Positions 55,901-64,000 of a DNA stretch of 64,000 bases are shown one piece after another. Both the position numbers and the translations under genes were made by a program. Within the stretch, counting starts at the first letter, position 1; each line of letters begins with the position of its first letter. This DNA comes from Trichoplax sp. H2 (Eukaryota), in assembly GCA_003344405.1 (NCBI GenBank), contig NOWV01000023.1, forward strand, positions 1 through 64,000, written 5' to 3'. The notes under the pieces are model-generated. The model was given only the letters and a program-made list of their open reading frames with translations, made no database searches and was not told the DNA's origin.

Positions 55901-57851
55901 ATAAGAACAACAATAAATTAATAAGAACAAGATCCGCCATTCCAATCATGAACTGTACATGTTCGATCAAATCTCAAAACCTTTCAGCCTTAATTATTAT
56001 GAATGCAATATTGCAACCAATAAAATTATCAATTCAACCTCCATCTTCATATTTTAGCTGTAAAAATAGTTAAGCATTCATTTCATTTAGTTTTCTTAAG
56101 AATTCATTAATGTCTTTAATAAGGTATAAAATCGAATCAGATAAACTCAAGCATCTCGAGAAACTAAATAAATTACACGTTTCTATCCTAATATGACGTC
56201 ACGATTGCTTCTGCAATCGATCTTATTGATTGTCTTTCTGTTTAATTTGTCAATTTTTTTCATTTCAATTGAAGTTTGCACAATAAACTTATAGCAATCT
56301 CTATTCAACAAAGCATAAAAAATCGCTACATTGCCTATAATTATAATAAGAATAATCATCAAATTGCACCTATTTCAGTATCCAATAAGTGCTAAAATTG
56401 ACTAAATACTCTCTAACTATATATGGAGCCTTAGAGGTCTTACTTTCATATCTGCAAAACTATTTAGATTACAATCGAAACTCTAACGCAAAATTAGATA
56501 AAATTTATTGCTATCTCTGAATATATAGAACATAAGGTAAAAACTAGGTTAGTGTAAATTAAGACTTGAGCTGGCTCTAATAGAGTAACTGTAGAGAATA
56601 ATAATCCTTCAAGATTATACTGATAACATCAAATAACCATTAGGGAAGAAGGCGAAGTTGAAGTTCCAATTTAGGCCAATAACAACTATCAAAATTAGCA
56701 TAGACTGGCGCTACACATATTAGTAAGTTTTCAATATCAGCCAAATTAGCTCTTCTTCATTACTACCTTGATTCTATCTTTTTCGTCCGTTATCCATGCC
56801 ATATTCAATTGTTACGACTAAAAACCGATGACTGACAAAACTGAATGATTAGTTCTTTATGTCAATAATTGATTAAGTGATTGAGATCAATTACGATATC
56901 ATTATAATAATCCACTAATCCATCATTATAATGGACTGCCCATCCCCTTTATGCGCACGCTATACAACATCAACAAGTTTGATAATCTGATCATATATGT
57001 AAATCTATGTATTTCGTAGCCAATAGAAAGCTTAATCATCCAAGTAAATCTAGATTATATTGATATTACCACCCCCATCGAGGCTCTGAAATCAACAGTT
57101 TAACGAAGCACTTTGCATCGCCAACAGCTCGTTGTGTAGATAAGTGAATTTCTGATTGCAGATCTAAATAAAGAGTGAAAATAGAGCTAAAGGATTGAAT
57201 TTTGGTTCAACCTGAAAGATTGTCCTATATCGTAAGCAATACTGCTATTCTTGATTTACTGTATATCCGTCCTTCGAGATTTAATTTATCCAATTTATAG
57301 TTATTCTTAAAACAGTTTACGATTTTACGTTCGCCATTGCAAATTTCTATGGGGATTTATACTGTCAACTCCTTCTTTTCTTCATTTGTCATACTTTATT
57401 TTATATCTCATCTTTACAGCAATTAAATTTCATGCAATCATACTTAGTTGATGTAATTTCTGTCCATCAGTTTTGCTGCATGAAAGAATTAGTATCTTAA
57501 CTTATCTCCAGATTATTTATTCATCCAATCGCCTATGTTACGTAATTTATCATAATCAAACTAAAACAATAATAGAAGCCTCTTCAGAAAACAGATTGTC
57601 ATAACGTTACTAATAGTTGATCTCACCTTAATAGATGATTACTATTGCAGTTATAGCAAATTTTAGGGAATGCTTACTAGTATAAAGCTAAGTCATAGAA
57701 AACTAGATAATAAAATACACTCTTATCTATAAACTGAAAATGTGAGCTAGCTGCTTTGATTTCGTCTAAACTTTGGCATAAACTATCAACCTAAAAGCAT
57801 TATTTTTATGCATCGATTTATAACTAGAATTAATCTGGGTGCAGAAAAGTT

Positions 57852-60800
57852 ATGAAAAAAAAAGAACGTCAGGGTAAAATTACGCGGAAATCAAGCCATG
57901 CCTACCGTAATAACAGGCTTTCTAATCGCAAACGACGAGGGCATAATGTTGTAGTCATAAAAAAGAACTTTAAAATTTCAAGTACAGGTATGAAAATCTT
58001 TTGCAGCTCGAAATCTTTTAGCCAAGTTTTTTGGCATTAAAAATCACTCCAGCTGATTGAATAAATAGGCCATGAGAAATTTTACGAAAGGTTAAGATGT
58101 GCAGTAGAATAATTTATATTTAATTATTAATAACCAATGGTTTACAGTAACTCCTAAAGAAAAAATTTAATGCATTTGAACTTTCGTAGATATTAAAGAC
58201 GGTAGATTTAATTCATAGACAACTGCCGTAAATGACTTTTTCTCTAAAACTTACAAAAAAATTATTCCTTTTGCACAACCCTAACCCTAACCCTAACATA
58301 GTACGAAAAAATACAACGTACTTAAATTTAAGATAGATTTATTTTATTGAATTTTTATTTCTATTTTCTAATTTGTCGCCCGTTACCTTGTAAATTCTAC
58401 TATTCTACTTCTAGAATTTGTGATAGCGTGAAATTCGTTTTCCTATAGTAATGTTATTTTCTTTGCTTACCAACAAATTCAATATGTAGCTTTTTCTCTC
58501 TCATTTACCTCGTGCCCTTTCTTTCTCTAGTTGTTATCGTTTATATACTTAGCTTCCTTAAGCTGAATCGTATTACAATTTTTTATTCTCATTGCCTTCT
58601 CTTTACTTTAGGCTACATGATATTTTTTATACATTTACGTATTCCGGTGACATTACTCTTTAGGTGTACTGTACTTTATGCAATTTCAGCAAGCAATTAC
58701 TGCCATCAATTTCTGATGGAAGATCGATAATTTCATCGTCATCCTTTTTGTTAACATCACGAATATTCTTTCTCCGTTCTTTTCTATCAATCCTATCAAT
58801 ACAATACTGAAGATAAATAAGCTAATTTATTTAGATATCAAATATAACTATTAAGAGTTTATAATAAATGCCTACTAGATTAAGGACATTCTTATGAAAA
58901 TTAATTTTAACCTTATCGTATTTATACAAGTAATATTGTTGACATAAGGTATAAAAACAATAATGCGGTTTTTATTGTTTTGAAATTAGAAGAAAATGAT
59001 ATCCTACAGTATATCGATTACGATTACATAAGATCTATTAAGTGGATTATACCTATTCTGAAAAATTAAAAGATGTTAATAATTTATTTATAATCTCCAT
59101 GCATATCAGCCATTTCTCTTCTTAAGGTTAACGTTACTTTAACGTCACCGAAAAAATAGCATGGGCTAACATTAATATTGTATTCTCTAATGATGTTTGT
59201 AGCGCATCGGTAGGCCTTAAAATGTAAAATAATGATCTAAACAAGTGCTTGACCGTTAATTTGGATATGATTTATTTTTTAACGTCGTATAATTTTTATA
59301 TATTTCATTAACCGTCCAGGGCAAATCGCTACATATCCTGATCAATCGCCATTGGATAACAAGCCGATTCATCAGCAAGAAAAGATGACTGTAGGGCAGA
59401 ATAAAATCCTAGATAAAACACTGCAAAAGTGCCGGAATATTGAAATTATTAAATGGTAGCTAACCATTTGACTTTGATTTATTTCACGCATAGAAATTTA
59501 AGTTTGTAATTTTTTCCTTTAAATATACCAGTCTACTTACAATCGTGTGCATCCGCATATACCTTAGATGAAATAGCTTATAAAAACTTGTTTAATATAT
59601 GGATTAGCTCCTATTGCTACTCAATTGTAATAATTACTATATTTCCTTGTGACAGGTTAGATGAAAACTATACCGTTAATGAAGGTGTTTGTATGCCGCG
59701 ATGTATACTTTACGGTCATTATTTGGAGTTTTGTCGAGCTAGAAATGTTATAGCCGCCTGCCCAGCTACCTTTGGCAAGGTAAGAATTATTCTTTTTAGC
59801 ACACTTTTTTTGTCTATATTCGTATAGCGACGACAGTTGCAGTCCATTCAAATTCTAGCTGGGAAGACTTTTTTTCTGACCCTAACACGACGATCAAGAC
59901 TTACGCGAGTTTTCGGCATAAATCTCACTTTTTGAGGTCTTTAGAATTGATATTTTATAGTTTCCTATCCATTACTTGGGTTCTTTCCCCTTTGGCCAAG
60001 CGGGTTATCGTACTTCAATACAATAGTCCTTGAACCTGAACATTTGCAAATTAATCCATAAACATCCGCGATCTTCATTGTTATTATTATCGATGATTTG
60101 TGTACAAATATGCTAATATCCTAAACCACCCTATAATTTAAGAAGTCAATAACATCCAATTGGCCTATATTCTTAATTTCTCAGATTCATTACGTTGATA
60201 TTTAGACTAGATTGCGTAGCACATTAGTGTTAAAAAAAGGCGGATAGGGGAGGAGATAGTAGATATAAGAGAGGGGGTAGGAATACCATTAAAGAAGAGG
60301 CTCAGAGAATCACAATATATTATTATCACCGAGAGTTAATGTTTCAGCTACTATACTCTAGGTAAATGATGTAAGGTTTAAAACATTTTGTAATGACCAA
60401 AAACTATCTAAAATACATTCCAATCGTTTTATCTAGTACTATCAAGCATTTAAATAATTACCACTTGTACTTGTAGCCAACAATCTTTCAATACAAGAGT
60501 TTTGATGTAATGTATGAAACTATTGCTGTTCTTATTAGAGTAATTATATTTTGATAGGAAAACCAATTATATAAGAGAAAATATTTGTTAATCATTATCC
60601 ATCATCATTCATTATGTATTTTTCGATATTTGCCAAATATAACCGTAATTGCAGTAGCAAGAGTCGCAACACTGAACTAATTTAATTAGGAAATAAGTGC
60701 TAAATAAAACTTACAGATGCATTATTTTGGAAACGCTAGTCATAAGAGTTACTAATTGCAGTATAATCTATCACTTCCTGCTATAGAGTTATTGCACAGT

Positions 60801-63800
60801 TCTCTCTTTAGCAATAGCGATCGACCTAACGGTAAAATTAATCTATTTGGAGAATGATCCCACCATAATAAATCACAGTTGAAAACTTTTTCTTCCTCGT
60901 TATCACATGTGTGTTTCATATGTTGGCATGTTTTATTGTAATGAAGTCTATCCAAGTACTACATTAAAACATGATCAGCTTATTAACTGATTAATCTATA
61001 TTAAGCTGTTGAAACATTGTCACAATGATTATCCTTAAAGAATTACTTCTTACAGGTATGACGAAGTTGTTCACTATAGATATATCACAAGTACTTTAAT
61101 TAACTAAAATGACTGTTTTCGCGTCTTACACAGAATAGCATTTCAATCAATTTAAATAGGTATCATTCTTATTACGATAAGATTAGTTTAAGTGCGAAAA
61201 ATAATAAAATCTTAGGCAATCTTAATTCATCTTTATTATGTTGCTATATTCTAGTGAGGGAATGATTATCATTTTTCCGATGGAGGATTGCTGTTTTAAT
61301 TATTTTTCAAAGTTTTTTATACACTTTTTGTTTATATGAACCACTTATAACATACTAAGTGTATATTTTAAAGATTAGTGATATAACTAGATAAAAAGTT
61401 ATTAATGGAAATAAAAATATAACTAAGCATCTGTTAATACAGATACATTTCAGGTTAATCTTTTAGCACTTAATCTCAACTAAATTATTAAAAGCATCTT
61501 TAACTAGACACATTTTTTTAGGGAAACTTATAAAATTCGATTTCTATACCCTGTCTATTGGGTTATATCATTAATCATGGAATAGATTTGATGATTAAGT
61601 ACCTAATTAGATTAATTAGAGTTCTCGTTATGTATTGTTCTCGGCTCTTAATTACATTTTAACAAAGCATTTCATATCTTGTCATGATTTACAGCGGGGA
61701 TAATCATTAATCTTGATCATTTATCTCAGTCCGATTATTTGAAAATGTGTTCTTTGCTTGCCAATTCGATGACTTTATCTCGGACCATTTGCTTATAATC
61801 GATTACTCTAATTACTATTGTCGTCTTATTTGATCTTAATTGATCACACACTACTTGTACTCTTCATGTTATGATCGAATAATGGAAAAATGTCAATAAG
61901 CAATATAACCTTATTGACATTATTTAAATATTATTGCCTCTCTTTTGTCATCATTGTTGTTGTTTATCCCATAGCTAAAGTACATGCGATCAATGTTATT
62001 TGTTGCTGGCAACAAAGTAGATTAACTTGTAGATTTGCGATTAACCTTGAACTCTTCCGTTAACGATTAGAATCTATAGCGTGGCTAAGGGGCGTTTAGT
62101 CCGCCTTAAGTGATTCTAGTCTCCAATGTATTCATGTTACAAAACTTTCCTAGCTACAGGATAAATGACTTAAATGAGAAATCTTCCGGAAATAATTATT
62201 TCTCCATGATTTATTAAAACCATTATAATCCATAGGTAACATCGATAATTCATACGACAGAATCGCCTCTATTCTATATCAATGTTCCTTATTGTGTTAA
62301 AATAGTATACAGTATGGGTAAAGGGCTGATAGATTGGTTCTCAACAATGTAAATTTATATTTAACCTATAAATTCCACACTTTGTCGATTGTTGACTGAT
62401 GTCAAGATAAAAGGTCTCAGTACCAAAGGAAATAGAATTGGGTAACGGAGTGGATCATTTGTTAATTGTGAATGTCAAGTAGGAATAAATAGCGTTTATA
62501 AAAATATAGTCGATTCTGAAAGGAAATACTAAGTTGATGAATCCTTTACAAGCTTGGCGAGTTTACTGTAAACACGTGGTTATACTTTAGTTGAATACTT
62601 GCAATTTATGTAACTTCTAAATGTAATTAATTAGTCACTATGTTTGTATAAGCGCACAAAACTACCAGTCGGTAAATTATGCTACAAATTCAAGATTCCA
62701 GCGGACTTGAAAAAATGTTACAAAATTAATCTCAAATCAGCGACTATAATGAAGCAATTTATGTCCTCTGAATAAATAGTATTGGCACAGTTTGAATCTA
62801 GTATATCTAGTAAGCTAGTAAAATACTATCGACTGATGGCTATTATAAGCATATGATTAATGAACTAATTTTTTAATACAATAAACAGTTAAATATCATC
62901 AGGATAGATTTGTTAACGTTAGTAATTCAATTGCTTTTGCTAATTTGTTCGATGTAATCTGCAGACCATCCGTCAGAAATTTCCAAATCTTACTACCAGA
63001 AGACTTGGAACGCGTGGAAAATCGAAGTAAGTTATGAAATATTTTATATTCCGTTTATTTAAATTGATTTCCTTATAAATGACTTTATATCGTGTAATCG
63101 AATGACAATAGCTCATAATAGCTTTCTGATGCATTAAACAAATCGTATACAAATTATGAAACCCTGAGTCATGATGTTATAGATCACCGTTGTAAATACG
63201 TTGTATTGATCGTTATACAGTTGATAGCTTATCGTTAAGGTTATAGATTATAAAACTAATTCATTTTCCAGTAATGGCAGTTGAATAAGTTAGATACCTA
63301 ATTTATAAGAGAGCTCAAAGGTCAGATCGTGTTCTGATCATGACCGCCTCGTGTTATATGCGTGTTCTAAAATATTTTAAAATAGAACATAAAGTGATAT
63401 AAATTTAGTTCTAAGAATATACAAATAGATGCTGGTATAAAGGCGATTTACTTTTTACAATAAAGAAAGTTCGTTATGTTATCGTTTACGCATAAAGAGG
63501 AACTCTATATCGTTTCTGCCGTGAAACTTTAGGAAAAGTTCATAGTTGTCACGGGGAATTAGTCTTGATATCTAGTTCGAGATAGAAGGTATCTTCGTCA
63601 TGAGAAGAATACGAGTATAGATGCATATATTAGTAACACCCTGCAGATGAATTTTAGTCTACCAAAGCTAAGGTGCCGTGAAATAATTTCAGTTACTAAT
63701 CGTTTCATTCCTTTATTTATATCCTATGTACTTAAAACCGAATTGGATAGATATCATTATTATGGAATTGGAATCAAAGAATCCTCACCATATTATAATG

Positions 63801-63828
63801 GCTTGCACTCTTTTTCCGGTTTGACAAG
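57852..63828 (+). CDS. RFX6: RFX winged-helix transcription factor, RFX6-like (RFX4/6 group); 5' part only, continues beyond the window
   Basis: Exons 59320-59455, 59656-59779, 62965-63026 and 63751-63828 splice in phase to [28 protein letters not shown]...[44 protein letters not shown]...GLTR, the RFX DNA-binding domain with RFX6-type residues. A candidate first exon at 57852-57987 (ATG, basic, phase-1 GT donor that fits) is less certain. Confidence 0.88.
58279..58296 (-). repeat. Short interstitial telomeric-type repeat (TTAGGG)3
   Basis: CCCTAACCCTAACCCTAA on the plus strand. Confidence 0.6.
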
Positions 63829-64000
63829 GTAAATATGATAAAATTTATAGTTCTAAAAACATCTCAGAAGAAATTTTATACGTGTGGGCGAAAGAGCAAG
63901 TATACATCTGCTTATCTATTTATTTATGATACCAAGAATTTTTATTTCGGCTAAAATTGAATTAAAATTTTTGTTGAATAATACTGCAATTGCAAAAGTT

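Overview
AT-rich, intron-containing animal DNA. Short GT-AG introns, an intronless GPCR array and a divergent Dicer suggest a placozoan such as Trichoplax; this is inference only. The left half (1-31 kb) holds four same-strand, single-exon class A GPCR paralogues separated by 5-10 kb of non-coding DNA with local duplications. The right half is a compact block that I spliced by hand: a 9-exon Dicer-like gene (+), an AIRAP/ZFAND2-type AN1 zinc-finger gene (-), an intronless OCIAD1 (+), a 13-exon IDH1 ending in SKL (-), BET1L (+) and the 5' part of an RFX6-like gene (+, runs off the window). The most striking signal is the Dicer. It has an intact DECH helicase and an intact RNase IIIb, but its RNase IIIa catalytic acids read K/K/E/S and it has no C-terminal dsRBD, so it is predicted to cut only one strand. 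Second, the gap-flanked duplicated contigs reconstruct a polymorphic TG...CA LTR-type insertion with a 5-bp AGCAG target-site duplication and its empty allele. Third, all four GPCRs swap the L3.43/F6.44 hydrophobic lock for polar residues and carry an opsin-like ECL2 without K296. Fourth, a TACAG/CTGTA palindromic microsatellite marks the divergent housekeeping promoters.
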